A DNA stretch of 64,000 bases from an uncultured Candidatus Bathyarchaeia archaeon. Lineage in GTDB: Archaea > Thermoproteota > Bathyarchaeia > RBG-16-48-13 > CAYWPD01. The stretch lies in NCBI GenBank assembly GCA_964460055.1, contig CAYWPD010000001.1, forward strand, positions 1,376 through 65,375, read 5' to 3'. The position numbers were made by a program, and so were the translations under genes. The notes beneath the pieces were generated by a model. The model made no database searches, was not told the DNA's origin, and worked only from the letters and a program-made list of their open reading frames with translations. This document shows positions 28,826-39,385 of this stretch, one piece after another (within the stretch, counting starts at the first letter, position 1; every line of letters starts with the position of its first letter).

Positions 28826-29398
28826 TTAGAGTCTTGGCTTGCTGATTACTTCTTTGACTTTGAAGTCGAAGAACGAGCTGACGTTTGCAGGCCTTGCAAC
28901 TATTGCGGTGTCGGAGCCTCTGCTGCTCCCTCCAATCGAGATGAGGTCTTCGTCGCTTCTCACGAGTCCAGAGTCGATGGCCATCGCTGCTATCTCACAT
29001 GCGACCTTCATTCCTTCGCCGAAGATGCGAAGCGTGTTCGCGATTACCTCATCTACCTGCATAGTCTGAAACTTCCTCCGTATGGCGCGTCCCACACCTC
29101 CGAACGCATGTGTCGTTGTCAGTATCTTCGCTCCGTTGTCCACTATCTGTTTCCGGTTCTCCTCGGTCAGTTCCTGCGTGTCGGGGCCTTTGAATCCATA
29201 GACGTGTGTTACGACGACGAGGTTGTATCCTTTGAAGAGTTCGCTGGCTCTTCTCCCCGTCTCCCCTGTTGTGCTAGCCACCACTATACTCTTGATTCCA
29301 AGCTGTTCCGCTCTCCTCTTTGCTGCGTAGAGCGTTTCCTCTGTACAGCTGGGCCCCGTGGAAGAGAAATAGACTGACTCAGCCCTCTCGCCATCCAT
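28826..29398 (-). CDS. pyruvate kinase C-terminal (alpha/beta) domain-like protein
   Basis: The pattern IKSIVVASTTGETGRRASELFKGYNLVVVTH resembles the PK_C regulatory domain. It is 190 aa long. Confidence 0.5.
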   Translation of the reverse strand: MDGERAESVYFSSTGPSCTEETLYAAKRRAEQLGIKSIVVASTTGETGRRASELFKGYNLVVVTHVYGFKGPDTQELTEENRKQIVDNGAKILTTTHAFGGVGRAIRRKFQTMQVDEVIANTLRIFGEGMKVACEIAAMAIDSGLVRSDEDLISIGGSSRGSDTAIVARPANVSSFFDFKVKEVISKPRL

Positions 29399-29466
29399 GA
29401 AATCACACCCTCAACGAACCGCTGCGTTACGTATGGACTCCTATAAAATATGCTCTCGTAGTTTTA

Positions 29467-30045
29467 TCAGAGGCCCAGTTCTGAGCTAGCATTCTGCATA
29501 GATGTGAGCGCTATCTCGAAGAACTTTTCTCTTGTGAGGCCTAGTTCTTCACAAGCTGCGATTCTTTCCCTATCCGAACCTGCCGCGAACTTCTTGTCCC
29601 TGAATCTCTTCGCGATACTTTCGGGTTTGACATCTCTTAGCTGTTTCGAAGGCATGACCAAGGCGCTTGCAACGATCAGTCCTGAGACGGCATCGGCTGC
29701 TATCAACGCTTTCTCCATGCTTGACTGTGGTCTCATGCCTGTGGCCTCTTGGTTGTGAGCCTTGATCGCTCTGATGATTCTTTCTTCCACTCTTTCCTTA
29801 AGGATCTCTTCTGCAACTGATGCGTGCCGCCTCATGTCTCCTTGGGTCTCGGTATAGTCAACATCATGCAAAAGCCCCGTCAATGCCCAGAGTTCCTCAT
29901 CTTCCTTGAAGTGTCTGGCCAATCCTTTCATGATGGCCTCCACTGCCAACATGTGTTTCAGTAGGCTCTCGTTTGGGTTTCTCTCTTTGATTATGTTTAT
30001 CGCTTCATCTCTATTCACAGAATCACGACCCACTTCGTGAAGCAA
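29467..30045 (-). CDS. HD domain phosphohydrolase
   Basis: An H...HD metal-binding signature is present (HMLAVEAI...LTGLLHDVD). It is 192 aa long. Confidence 0.7.
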   Translation of the reverse strand: MLHEVGRDSVNRDEAINIIKERNPNESLLKHMLAVEAIMKGLARHFKEDEELWALTGLLHDVDYTETQGDMRRHASVAEEILKERVEERIIRAIKAHNQEATGMRPQSSMEKALIAADAVSGLIVASALVMPSKQLRDVKPESIAKRFRDKKFAAGSDRERIAACEELGLTREKFFEIALTSMQNASSELGL

Positions 30046-30147
30046 TGGTCACAAAGAATCGGGTTTGGAGGGAGTTGCCTTTGAGTTGGAATAGTCAGGC
30101 GTGCGAGACTTTCGAGGTCTCTCTTTCGACTTCGCCTTTGCATTCAG

Positions 30148-31098
30148 CTAGGTGAATAGGTCCGTGCTGAGGTATTTGAGGCCGGTGTCGTTTATCATCG
30201 TGACGAGGATCTCGCCTTTCTTCATGGTGTTTGAAACTTTGAGGCTGGCGGCGATGTTTGCTCCGGAGGAGTACCCTGCAAAGATTCCTTCCTCCTTGGC
30301 TAGGCGCTGTGCAGCTACTCTGCATTCTTCGTCGGTGACTGAGACGTATCCGTCTACGAACTTGGCGTCGAAGAAAGGAGGGACGAAGCCTGCTCCAACC
30401 CCCTGAATCTTGTGTTGGCCAGGCTCTCCGCCTTGGAGTACCGAGGACGACGTTGGCTCAACAGCTATCACCTTTATTTTGGGGTTGTGCTCCTTGATGG
30501 CTTTCGCAGCACCTATCAGAGTTCCACCGGATCCCACAGCGGCAACAAAGACGTCCAGCCTTCCATCGGTCTGATCGAGTATCTCTCTTCCGGTGCCTTC
30601 ATAATGGGCCAGGAGGTTTCCGAAGTTGTTGAATTGATCTGCCCAGAATCCTCCCCGTTCTCCTGCTATTTTTTTGGCTATGCCCGTTATCTCGTAGTAG
30701 TCGTCTATGGTAATCTTTCCCTTCTGTTCACCCGTCACTTTGGTCAGATATACCTCGGCGCCCAAGGACCTGAGCATGTGTCTGCGCTCGAGGCTCATGG
30801 TCTCTGGCATGACGGCGACCATCTTGTAGCCTTTGATGGCGCAGGCGATCGCCAGTCCAGTTCCCATGTTGCCACTCGTTGCTTCAACCACCGTCATGCC
30901 TTTTTTGAGGATTCCTTTCTTCTCAGCTTCTTGTATGATGCGGAAGGCCGCTCGGTCCTTGACGCTTCCTCCAGGGTTGTAGAACTCAATTTTCGCGAGT
31001 GCTTCTACGCCGGTCGGCCCAAAGAGTCTGCTGAGGCGTACAAGGGGGGTGTTTCCGACGCAGTCCGCCATACTATCTGCGATTTTCTTGACTTGCAT
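30148..31098 (-). CDS. cysteine synthase / O-acetylserine sulfhydrylase family (PLP fold-type II)
   Basis: The motifs GNTPLV, the PLP-Lys region GGSVKDR, TSGNMG and VGSGGTLIG are present. A 275-aa antisense ORF on the plus strand is rejected. Confidence 0.85.
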   Translation of the reverse strand: MQVKKIADSMADCVGNTPLVRLSRLFGPTGVEALAKIEFYNPGGSVKDRAAFRIIQEAEKKGILKKGMTVVEATSGNMGTGLAIACAIKGYKMVAVMPETMSLERRHMLRSLGAEVYLTKVTGEQKGKITIDDYYEITGIAKKIAGERGGFWADQFNNFGNLLAHYEGTGREILDQTDGRLDVFVAAVGSGGTLIGAAKAIKEHNPKIKVIAVEPTSSSVLQGGEPGQHKIQGVGAGFVPPFFDAKFVDGYVSVTDEECRVAAQRLAKEEGIFAGYSSGANIAASLKVSNTMKKGEILVTMINDTGLKYLSTDLFT

Positions 31099-31159
31099 GG
31101 CTTTTCTAGTTTTTTGGGCCGCTTCTTAAGATTTCGTGTGCTTGCTTCCTGCATGTGCT

Positions 31160-31789
31160 CTATAGTGAGATGTCGATTTCCCTTCCCTTCCGCAGAAAAT
31201 CCTTTGCCAGTCTCAGTAGTGCGGTTTCAAGCCGTATGATATTCAGGTTTCTGGTTCTCGCGAAATCCTTGAGGTTCACTATTCCCAAATTCTCCATGGC
31301 CGTCTTCACCATGACGGTTGGCTTCGGATCCGCCTTCTTCCAGATTTCTCTCATATCTCTCAGAAAGATCGATACTGTTGTGTCACCTATGCCCTTGCCC
31401 AACGTCTTCAATCTGACCTCCAGATCGTCGCTGTCATATGACAGATTGTAGAGAGTCCAGAGGTTCGATCTGTATTCTTCCTTTAGAGTGCCGAATACCT
31501 GCAAGAGCTTTGTTGCTGTGCTGAAATCATATCTGACATATCCTCCCTCGTCGAGTATCTGCACAAGTCCATCCCATCCTGTGTCCAGGATTCGTTTAAC
31601 CGTCAGGATCCCGTGCGACTCGAAGGCCCTGTAAGTTAGAGTTGCCGAGCTCTCACGGATCGGTTTGGCATACAGAATCGATGCCAAGAACCACTTGACG
31701 AGCTCACGGTTTCTTCCTGAGGCGAGGTCTATTCCAAGTCCCGCAGAATAGGGCTCCCCGAACTTTTCAACGAACTTCTCGATATTCAA
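31160..31789 (-). CDS. HhH-GPD-like DNA glycosylase family protein (AGOG-like), tentative
   Basis: A helix-hairpin-helix-like element, LKTLGKGIGDTTVSIFL, is present and the protein is 209 aa. The assignment is weak. Confidence 0.4.
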   Translation of the reverse strand: MNIEKFVEKFGEPYSAGLGIDLASGRNRELVKWFLASILYAKPIRESSATLTYRAFESHGILTVKRILDTGWDGLVQILDEGGYVRYDFSTATKLLQVFGTLKEEYRSNLWTLYNLSYDSDDLEVRLKTLGKGIGDTTVSIFLRDMREIWKKADPKPTVMVKTAMENLGIVNLKDFARTRNLNIIRLETALLRLAKDFLRKGREIDISL

Positions 31790-31919
31790 CTTGACAACCC
31801 GTTGCGCATAGATTATGCGATTGCCGAGTTCTTGAAGACCGCAACGACTTCAACCAATTTAACAGCAAAGGTATAGAAACACCTTCACCCATCTTGCCGC
31901 CTCAGCTCCAACTCAGGGC

Positions 31920-33110
31920 GTGTTGAGGCTGATCCATCGCCGTAGTCGTTCGCTGTTGCAGCTGCAGTCTCTAACGTTGGCAGCTATGACGAACAGCAAC
32001 ATGACTTGGGCGATCCTCGTGCTCTTCGCGATCGAGTTAGAGGCCTCTGTGCTTGAGATCGGGCTGATAGCCGCTGCAGGAGCTTACATATCTGTGGTCT
32101 CTCGACTCCTATTCGGCACGTTCTCGGATCGTTTTGGACGAAGACCGATCATGATGTTTGGGCTTCTTGCTGGTCTCCTTTCTTCACTTCTCTGTGCAAT
32201 CGCGAGCACTCCATATCTTCTCGCCATTGCAAGCCTGCTCGAGGGTCTCAAGTGGTCTTCATATTTTTCGACTGGATTGGCCTTGGTTGCCGACATCGCC
32301 CCCGACTCCAATAGAGCGCAGGCTGTGGCCGAATATACGCTGGTTTCAGCAGTCGGCATGTTGGTTGGGCCGGGATTGACGACTTTTCTCCTGTTTTTCA
32401 TTAGAATTCGAGAGATATTCTATCTCGAATCGGGCATCGCTCTCGCGATCCTCCTAGCAGCCTATTTTTTGGTGAGAGACCCGTCATCCAGAAGGGTCTC
32501 ACGGGAGAGGATGCACCTTAGTCTGAGGCAGGTCATCAAGAACAAGGAGGTTCGCATCGCGAGCATCTTGACTTTCTTCTTCTTTTTCGTAGAGCCCTCG
32601 GTTTTCACGTACGGCTCCGTATATGGAGTGAAGGTTCTACATCTCTCAGACGCAGAAATCACAGCCTTGGGCACGTTAAGAGCTCTGGTCATGATCGTTG
32701 TCAGGTACTTCATCTCTCAAATAGAGAGTAGAATAGGAAGAACTCGAATTCTCATGGCAACCTTCGCACTCGTTGTAGTCTTCATCCCGCTGATCGGATT
32801 CACCACATCCTATCTTCAGCTCGCGTTGATCGTGGCGTCTTTCGGCATAGCTCATGGAGCGATCTTTCCGGTAACCGCTATGATGGTCTCAGCGGCGACC
32901 ACGCCCGCGGAGAGAGGCCTGGCCAACGCATTCTATCTTACGCTCGGAGACCTCTCATCAGCCATTAGCCCCACGGTGCTAGGGTATATGGCCGATGTGA
33001 TGGGAATACGCTCGGTCTTTCTGGCCATGGCTGTCCCAGCGGCTTTGGGCTTAGCTGTCACCTTCAAGGCCAAGGCTCCAGCTTCTGGAGTCCCATATTC
33101 ATCCGTTTGA
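31920..33110 (+). CDS. MFS transporter
   Basis: A 396-aa protein with about 12 hydrophobic helices and a GTFSDRFGRRP-type MFS loop motif between TM2 and TM3. Confidence 0.8.
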   Translation: MLRLIHRRSRSLLQLQSLTLAAMTNSNMTWAILVLFAIELEASVLEIGLIAAAGAYISVVSRLLFGTFSDRFGRRPIMMFGLLAGLLSSLLCAIASTPYLLAIASLLEGLKWSSYFSTGLALVADIAPDSNRAQAVAEYTLVSAVGMLVGPGLTTFLLFFIRIREIFYLESGIALAILLAAYFLVRDPSSRRVSRERMHLSLRQVIKNKEVRIASILTFFFFFVEPSVFTYGSVYGVKVLHLSDAEITALGTLRALVMIVVRYFISQIESRIGRTRILMATFALVVVFIPLIGFTTSYLQLALIVASFGIAHGAIFPVTAMMVSAATTPAERGLANAFYLTLGDLSSAISPTVLGYMADVMGIRSVFLAMAVPAALGLAVTFKAKAPASGVPYSSV

Positions 33111-33165
33111 GATGAGGATGAACTAGTGAGGATGAGAATGGCTTCCCATCTGAGCAGCCGATGAG

Positions 33166-34074
33166 TTGTCGCGCATGGCAAGTACTTTGTGTATTATCTG
33201 GATCACACCGCAACCGAAGAATGTAAATTGGGTTTTGTCGATTGATTCAATGGGGTTTGATATGGTTGCGCTGCTGAGAGAGGGATACGAATCCTCCCGA
33301 GGCTTCAAGATTCACTTTCTGGAATGGGGATCCAAGGGAGAGGAGATGCTTCTTCTGCACAGTATGATGATGGATGCCCACAGTTTTGACTCATTCTCAT
33401 CAACGATGCAGAGAGACTTCCGCCTTCTTGGACTGGATCTTCTTGGGCACGGCGAGAGCGACAAACCGACGGAGAGCGTGTCACTTGAAGAACATGTCGA
33501 GCTATTGAGAGACGTGACCCTGAAGAGAGGGTTCTCCAAGTTCATCTTGGTGGGCCATTCCATCGGCGGAATTCTTGGAATCGCTTGGGCTGCCAAGCAT
33601 CCAGAGGAAATAACACGCCTCGTCCTCGTTGACATCGCTCCTAAGGATCCTACAACACCGCAAGTGAGAACGACTGTGCCCGTGCCAGAATCCTTCAGAA
33701 CGCTCGAAGAAGTCAGATCTTACTTAAGACAGAGGTATCCGAAGTTCACTGAAGAGGCTCTAGAGAATAGGATGAGATATGGAGTGGAGAAGGTTCAAGA
33801 GGGGCACTATAGGCTGAAAGTGAGCCTCCAGACGAGAGAGATGCTCTGGAAGAGCAACATAGACGTCGACTTGTGGCCATACGTCAGCAGGGTGAAAATC
33901 CCAGTCCTGCTGGTCAAAGGAAAGGAGAGTCAGACCGTGTCTTCCGCCAGCGTAGAACTGATGAGGAAGATGCTCAGCTCCTTCGCGTTGGTTGAGATAG
34001 ATGGTGCTACGCATATGGTTCCCCAGGACGCTCCTAGGGAGTTCGAGAAGACCGTACGATCGTTCATCAAGTAG
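33166..34074 (+). CDS. alpha/beta-fold hydrolase
   Basis: A nucleophile elbow, GHSIGG, a LLLHS oxyanion region and a C-terminal His are present. The true start is probably an internal Met near 33250-33262. Confidence 0.75.
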   Translation: MSRMASTLCIIWITPQPKNVNWVLSIDSMGFDMVALLREGYESSRGFKIHFLEWGSKGEEMLLLHSMMMDAHSFDSFSSTMQRDFRLLGLDLLGHGESDKPTESVSLEEHVELLRDVTLKRGFSKFILVGHSIGGILGIAWAAKHPEEITRLVLVDIAPKDPTTPQVRTTVPVPESFRTLEEVRSYLRQRYPKFTEEALENRMRYGVEKVQEGHYRLKVSLQTREMLWKSNIDVDLWPYVSRVKIPVLLVKGKESQTVSSASVELMRKMLSSFALVEIDGATHMVPQDAPREFEKTVRSFIK

Positions 34075-34178
34075 ATCGTGGGTTGGAGCGCGCGCTGGAA
34101 GACTTGGGATTTCTTAGATGTGATCTCCTCGTTCTGAACTAGATTGAGAAAACAGATTGCAGGAGTCCGTAGTGCCAG

Positions 34179-35243
34179 ATGAAGAAGCCGATTGCTGTAG
34201 ACCGAGCCTTTAGATGGGTCATCTCAGACGAGTCTCCCGCAGTGAAGGCTCTTGCTCTTGAACAACTCTTGGGGCATCCAAGTGATGACCGAGAGGTTGT
34301 CGCATCCAGAGCCCTGGCGATGGATCTGCCCCTCATCTCCTCGATACTCAACGCGCTAGGAGAGAGCGGGCGATTCTATGACGCAAAGATAGAGAGGAAA
34401 TACGGCCCACTCACAGCCCGATCTGGCTATCTCCCAAAGTACAAGGCCACAACTTGGCAAGCCATCTTCCTTGCCCAGATGGGCGCGGAACCCGGAGATG
34501 AACGTGTTGTGAGGCTGTGCAAAGGCATACTCGATGAGAACTATCTGCCCCATCGGAGAACGCTAGGACTGAAATTTGAGTTCAAGGGGAAGGCCAGAGA
34601 GGAGACTCCGCCTTGCTTCGCAGCGAACATGGCATACTCACTGTCGAGGCTGGGGTTCGCCAAGGACGCGAGAGTCCGAGAGACATTGGACTGGATCCTT
34701 AAGTACCAGAGGTTTGATGACGGAGAATGGCATACTCCAAAAGAGTGGCCTTACAGAGGACGTGATGATCGTTGCTTTGGCTCGCATAGCTGCTTCATTG
34801 GAGTGACGCAATCCTTCAGGGCAATTGCAGGCATCCCTGAGAGCGAGAGAACACTGGCTGAGAGGCAGTTTCTCGAGCGGGCCGTCGAATACGTGCTTGC
34901 GCACAGGCTCTTTGAGAGGAGCAAGGCCCCCGGTGTTCCCATCAAGAGCTGGATGGGTAGACTGAGTTTCCCGAACACATATGCTGGTGACTTTCTCTCG
35001 ACGTTAGAGGTCTTGTCTTGGCTCAATGTGAGAGGTCCTTCGGTTGATTATTGCCTCGATCACCTGATGTCAAAGATGCTGCCGGATGGCAGATTTCCCC
35101 TTGAGGATGGAGTCAGAAGAAGCGCCTTGCATTTCGTGCCCGAAAAGAAAGGTCAACCCAGCAGATGGGTGACCCTGAAGGCTCTCTCGGTTCTAAAGAG
35201 ATATGGGTTGATCGGGATCGAGTCTCGAGTGTCTTCCTCATAG
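34179..35243 (+). CDS. hypothetical protein (possible alpha/alpha-toroid fold)
   Basis: A 354-aa ORF with good coding appearance. I could not assign a family with confidence; repeated aromatic-rich helical segments are present. Confidence 0.5.
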   Translation: MKKPIAVDRAFRWVISDESPAVKALALEQLLGHPSDDREVVASRALAMDLPLISSILNALGESGRFYDAKIERKYGPLTARSGYLPKYKATTWQAIFLAQMGAEPGDERVVRLCKGILDENYLPHRRTLGLKFEFKGKAREETPPCFAANMAYSLSRLGFAKDARVRETLDWILKYQRFDDGEWHTPKEWPYRGRDDRCFGSHSCFIGVTQSFRAIAGIPESERTLAERQFLERAVEYVLAHRLFERSKAPGVPIKSWMGRLSFPNTYAGDFLSTLEVLSWLNVRGPSVDYCLDHLMSKMLPDGRFPLEDGVRRSALHFVPEKKGQPSRWVTLKALSVLKRYGLIGIESRVSSS

Positions 35244-35421
35244 AAAAGCACGCATCAACCAAATGGGAATTTGTATTCCACTTCCATCGGTTGGCTCGGT
35301 CTCTCGACTTCTTTGTAAGTGCCAGGCATCAATTCCGTATGCTACAACCTTTCACTTGCGAAAGCTTGAAAGAAATGAGGTTCGGTAATCACGTTGCGCG
35401 AACAGCAGAGAGGATCAGACC

Positions 35422-36198
35422 ATGAAAGACATGGGGATTAAGGGTAAGGTTGTCTTGGTCACAGGTGCTAGCAGTGGAATCGGAAGAGCTGCGGCCTTCG
35501 CGTTTGCTCGCGAGGGCGCCAAGGTGGCTTTGGTGAGTCGTAATGCTGAGGCCCTAGAGCAGGTGGCAGCCCAGATCAGGGTCGAGAAAGGTACAGCTGA
35601 GCTAGTTCCCGCTGACGTGACAAAGGAGGGTGAAGCCAAGAGGTGCGTTGAGAAGACCGTAGAGTCCTTTGGCGGTTTGGACATTTTGGTCAACGCTGCC
35701 GGTATCATCGCAACTGGAAACATTGAGAATACATCTTTGGAACAGTGGGATTCTATGTTCAATATCAACGTGCGAGCAGTCTTCAACCTTAGCCAACTGG
35801 CACTACCATACTTGATTGAGCGAAAAGGGAACATTGTGAATGTGTCGAGCGTCAACGGATTACGAGCCTTCGCAAACGTTTTGGCATATTGTGCGAGCAA
35901 GGCGGCTGTAGATCAGTTGACCAGATGTGCTGCGCTTGAATTAGCTCCAAAAGGTGTGCGAGTGAACGCGGTCAATCCTGGGGTGACAATCACCAATCTG
36001 CATAGGCGAAGCGGTATGAGCGAGGAACAGTACGCGCAATTCCTTGAACGCTCCAAGACGACTCATCCGCTTGGACGTGTCGGTCGGCCAGAGGAGGTAG
36101 CTGATTTAATACTGTTTCTCGCATCCCCACACGCGGGATGGATAACAGGCGCCTCATACGCCATCGATGGTGGAAGAAGCCAGACGTGTCTAAGATAG
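35422..36198 (+). CDS. SDR family oxidoreductase (FabG-like)
   Basis: The SDR motifs TGASSGIG, NAAG and a catalytic YCASK are present. It is 258 aa long. Confidence 0.85.
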   Translation: MKDMGIKGKVVLVTGASSGIGRAAAFAFAREGAKVALVSRNAEALEQVAAQIRVEKGTAELVPADVTKEGEAKRCVEKTVESFGGLDILVNAAGIIATGNIENTSLEQWDSMFNINVRAVFNLSQLALPYLIERKGNIVNVSSVNGLRAFANVLAYCASKAAVDQLTRCAALELAPKGVRVNAVNPGVTITNLHRRSGMSEEQYAQFLERSKTTHPLGRVGRPEEVADLILFLASPHAGWITGASYAIDGGRSQTCLR

Positions 36199-36224
36199 TC
36201 TTCTGTATAGGTGGTTGATGGTCA

Positions 36225-36446
36225 ATGGCTGGAGATCTCGAGAAAGAGAAGATATTGAATCGTCTTCTTGAGGCTGCGACGGAGAGGTGGGATAGGGCTG
36301 AAGTTGAGAAGATGCGACCAATGTTTGAGATGGCTGCAGACGCGGTTTGGAAGGTAGAGAAGTTCGCGATAGGGCCTGAGGAGGAGCCTGCGTACCCGAC
36401 AACGATCTTCTACCTCGGGGCCGCGGAGAAGGAGAAACGACTGTAG
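36225..36446 (+). CDS. hypothetical small acidic protein
   Basis: A 73-aa ORF that exactly fills the gap between the SDR and the amidase (27 bp after SDR stop, 5 bp before amidase start). Confidence 0.4.
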   Translation: MAGDLEKEKILNRLLEAATERWDRAEVEKMRPMFEMAADAVWKVEKFAIGPEEEPAYPTTIFYLGAAEKEKRL

Positions 36447-36450
36447 AGAA

Positions 36451-37812
36451 GTGGCCGTCTTGGACGCCTTCAAACTCACTCTCTCTGAGGCTTCAAATCA
36501 AATCCACGAAAATCGACTTTCTCCGAGTGCTTTGCTTGAATCACTGCTTCTGCGCATCGATGAGCTGGAACCTAAACTCAGGGTTTGGACAAGAATCGAC
36601 AGGGATGGAGCGAAGGTCACCGCAGAGAAGTACTCGAAGGAGGCAATGCAGGGAAGGTTTCGTGGCCCCCTTCACGGTATCCCTGTCGGAATCAAAGACA
36701 TCTACTACACTGTAGGGATGAAGACGACCGCCGGCTCCAAGATCCTCGCTGATTTCGTGCCAGACTACAACGCCACTACCATCACTAGGTTGAAGGAAGC
36801 CGGCGCTATAATTCTTGGAAAGACAGAGACCACAGAATTTGCTGCCTTTGATCCAGCTCCTACACGGAATCCGTGGAACGTTGAACATACTCCCGGCGGC
36901 TCCAGCAGCGGGTCTGCCGCGGGGGTCTCCTCAGGGATGATCTCGGCGGCCTTGGGTTCACAAACCGGAGGTTCAACTATCAGGCCTGCATCCTACTGCG
37001 GCATCGTAGGTTTCAAGCCAACCTATGGCCGAATCAGCCGGCATGGCATAATTCCCGTTAGTTGGTGCTTGGATCACGTTGGAATCTTCACTAGGACGGT
37101 GGTGGATGCAGCTATTTTACTGGAGGTACTTGCTGGATACGATCCTAGAGATACTGCCTCATCGAATCTGCCGGTTCCGCCGTACAGAAATGCTGTGAGC
37201 AAAATTGGTCCTCCAGAGATAGGTCTTCTGAAGGAATTCTTCTACGATATGGCTAATGAAGAAGTCAAGAAGAATCTTGAGGAGATCATTGCCCGACTTG
37301 GAAGAGCTGGTGCCAAGGTCGTTGACGCGAAGTTGCCTGAAAGCTTCAGAGCAGCTCATGCAGCCCAGAGAGTCGTTATGATAACTGAGGCGGCAGCATT
37401 TCATGAGGAGACATTCCGAACACGAATGATGGACTATCGTCCCAAGATGCGTGGCATGATTGCTTCAGGGCTAACCGTCCCGATCTCGACCTACATAAAG
37501 GCTCAACGCATTAGAGGTCAATTCATCCGTGAGATGAACACGATCTTAGGACAGTTCGACTGTTTCCTAATGCCTGCTACACCTGCGCCAGCGCCCAAAG
37601 GACTGGAGAGCACAGGCGATCCGAATTTCAATACTCCTTGGAGCTTCTGCGGCTTTCCTACGATAACGATCCCCTCGGGATTATCGAAAGACAGGCTTCC
37701 GTTTGGTATCCAGTTAGTAGGCCGTCCGTTCGATGAAGAAACGGTGCTAAGAGTCGCACATTGGTGTGAAAGAATGATCGGGTTCGGAAAAGACCCTCAC
37801 AATCCTGAATAG
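36451..37812 (+). CDS. amidase (amidase-signature family, GatA-like)
   Basis: The amidase-signature motif GGSSSGSAAGVSSGMISAALGSQTGGSTIRPAS is present along with a catalytic Ser-cisSer-Lys layout. Confidence 0.85.
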   Translation: MAVLDAFKLTLSEASNQIHENRLSPSALLESLLLRIDELEPKLRVWTRIDRDGAKVTAEKYSKEAMQGRFRGPLHGIPVGIKDIYYTVGMKTTAGSKILADFVPDYNATTITRLKEAGAIILGKTETTEFAAFDPAPTRNPWNVEHTPGGSSSGSAAGVSSGMISAALGSQTGGSTIRPASYCGIVGFKPTYGRISRHGIIPVSWCLDHVGIFTRTVVDAAILLEVLAGYDPRDTASSNLPVPPYRNAVSKIGPPEIGLLKEFFYDMANEEVKKNLEEIIARLGRAGAKVVDAKLPESFRAAHAAQRVVMITEAAAFHEETFRTRMMDYRPKMRGMIASGLTVPISTYIKAQRIRGQFIREMNTILGQFDCFLMPATPAPAPKGLESTGDPNFNTPWSFCGFPTITIPSGLSKDRLPFGIQLVGRPFDEETVLRVAHWCERMIGFGKDPHNPE

Positions 37813-38107
37813 AAAAGTCACCAATGGCTGCGCGCGTGTATAATGTCTATATCTTGACAGCCAATGTCTCTACCGCGAAGAGCGCTTCTGGCGTTTCCTT
37901 AGGAACCGTTCTTTCGGCAGTCTCGGTCTCCTAGGTCTTTGGGCATCTGCTACTGCCATCGTCTCACCGGTCTAGCCTTTACTCCAGAGAGATATGAAAG
38001 TTGATTCTTTTCGAGAAAAAGCAGGGCTTTCTATAAATCAATGGAACTAGTTGGCGTGTTTCACCTATCGTCTCGTCAAGTATCGATTTTTTCTTGTTGG
38101 ATGCTGG

Positions 38108-39271
38108 TCAGAGAAGTGTTGTCGTGGTCGCTCTCTCAGTTATCTTGACGCCTCGGGCTGAGAGTCCTTTCATGAGTTTGTCGAACAACTTTCCTCTGAG
38201 CGCTGACTCCGGAGCTATCAGACCCGCTTCCCTGATCTCTCCACGCCCGACCATCTTGGCAACCTCCGCACATGTATTCGCGGTCGTCTTTGCCATAGAG
38301 GTGACTCCGGCTTTTTCATCGAAGTAATCGATCATGTCATAGGTATAGGTCACTCTTGCACTAGCCTTGGCTCCAGTGACTATTACTCTGAGCAGCGTCA
38401 CGTCTCTCTCTTTGGATGTGTCTAGGTGCAACATGGGGCCGAGGAGGGTTGAAGTGAACTTTCTAGGTTCGATTGGGGTTCCATCGACTTTGATTTGGTC
38501 TGTGTTGAGGAATCCCATGAATCTCAGCAGTTTGATCTTTTCTGCGTGACCCGGCCATCTGATTGTCTTCTCCTCCATATTCTTGACTTTGCCCCTCATT
38601 GTGTAGAGCAGAGTTGCGAGTCCACTGGTATAGAAGGCCTCCATTTTTCCGAAGGGCTCTGGGAACTCGACAGCTTCAAGACCATCAAGGGCGTCTGCCT
38701 CGATCAGCTTACCATCCCTGTAGATCGGGCATTTCACGGTGTATTCTTCCCAAACACCTTCCAAGGAGAAGACAACCTTGTACTCCAAGGGAGGCTCGGG
38801 CTTCACTGGTAGACCGCCTACCAAGAGATGGATATCGTCTACGGTGTCGAGCCTGCTTACGGCGTTTCCCGCAAGTATGTTCGTTAGGCCTGGGGCGACC
38901 CCGCATCCGGGTATCAGAAACATCTTCTTTTTCTTGAGTGCTTTGTCCAAGTCGAGCATACCCGGATCGAACCAAAGGTCTACAGTATTGATTCCAGCCT
39001 CCAAGGCTGCTTTGTTTGTCGGTATTGAGAGGTGGGGTGGCAGTGCCACGCAGAGGACATCGAAGCCCTTGAAGGCCTTCACAGCCATTTTCTTGTCTGA
39101 AACATTCAGCTCCTTCGTTGAGAGTTTCTTGCTCGCTATCCAGTCTTGGGCTCGGTGGAGTCTGCCTTTGTCCATGTCCGCGATCGTTACCGCTGTGACT
39201 TCTCTGCTTTCTACAAGATTCCTCGCTATGACGGGTCCCATGAGTCCGGCGCCTAAAACCATGACTTTCAA
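38108..39271 (-). CDS. saccharopine dehydrogenase family NAD(P)-binding protein (paralog 1)
   Basis: An N-terminal Rossmann motif, VMVLGAGLMG, and a length of 387 aa fit this family, and the ORF is similar to the one at 57392..58573. Confidence 0.75.
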   Translation of the reverse strand: MKVMVLGAGLMGPVIARNLVESREVTAVTIADMDKGRLHRAQDWIASKKLSTKELNVSDKKMAVKAFKGFDVLCVALPPHLSIPTNKAALEAGINTVDLWFDPGMLDLDKALKKKKMFLIPGCGVAPGLTNILAGNAVSRLDTVDDIHLLVGGLPVKPEPPLEYKVVFSLEGVWEEYTVKCPIYRDGKLIEADALDGLEAVEFPEPFGKMEAFYTSGLATLLYTMRGKVKNMEEKTIRWPGHAEKIKLLRFMGFLNTDQIKVDGTPIEPRKFTSTLLGPMLHLDTSKERDVTLLRVIVTGAKASARVTYTYDMIDYFDEKAGVTSMAKTTANTCAEVAKMVGRGEIREAGLIAPESALRGKLFDKLMKGLSARGVKITERATTTTLL

Positions 39272-39385
39272 TCTTGACTCACCCTTGTATCGAAGATCTT
39301 TGGTGCCTCTGGTATCATGCCTTCTTGGAGAAAAGATCTTGCCTGACTAGTGGGCCGAGGGCGATTGGATTCGAGATGGGCTTCC

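Noticed and set aside
30412-31239. A 275-aa plus-strand ORF.
   Set aside because: It lies fully antisense within the cysteine synthase gene (30148..31098, minus), which has unambiguous PLP fold-type II motifs, and the antisense frame has no motifs.
38739-39350. A 203-aa plus-strand ORF, with several other ORFs of 100 aa or more nested in the 38108..39271 region.
   Set aside because: It is antisense or off-frame to the saccharopine-dehydrogenase-family gene, whose Rossmann N-terminus is clear.
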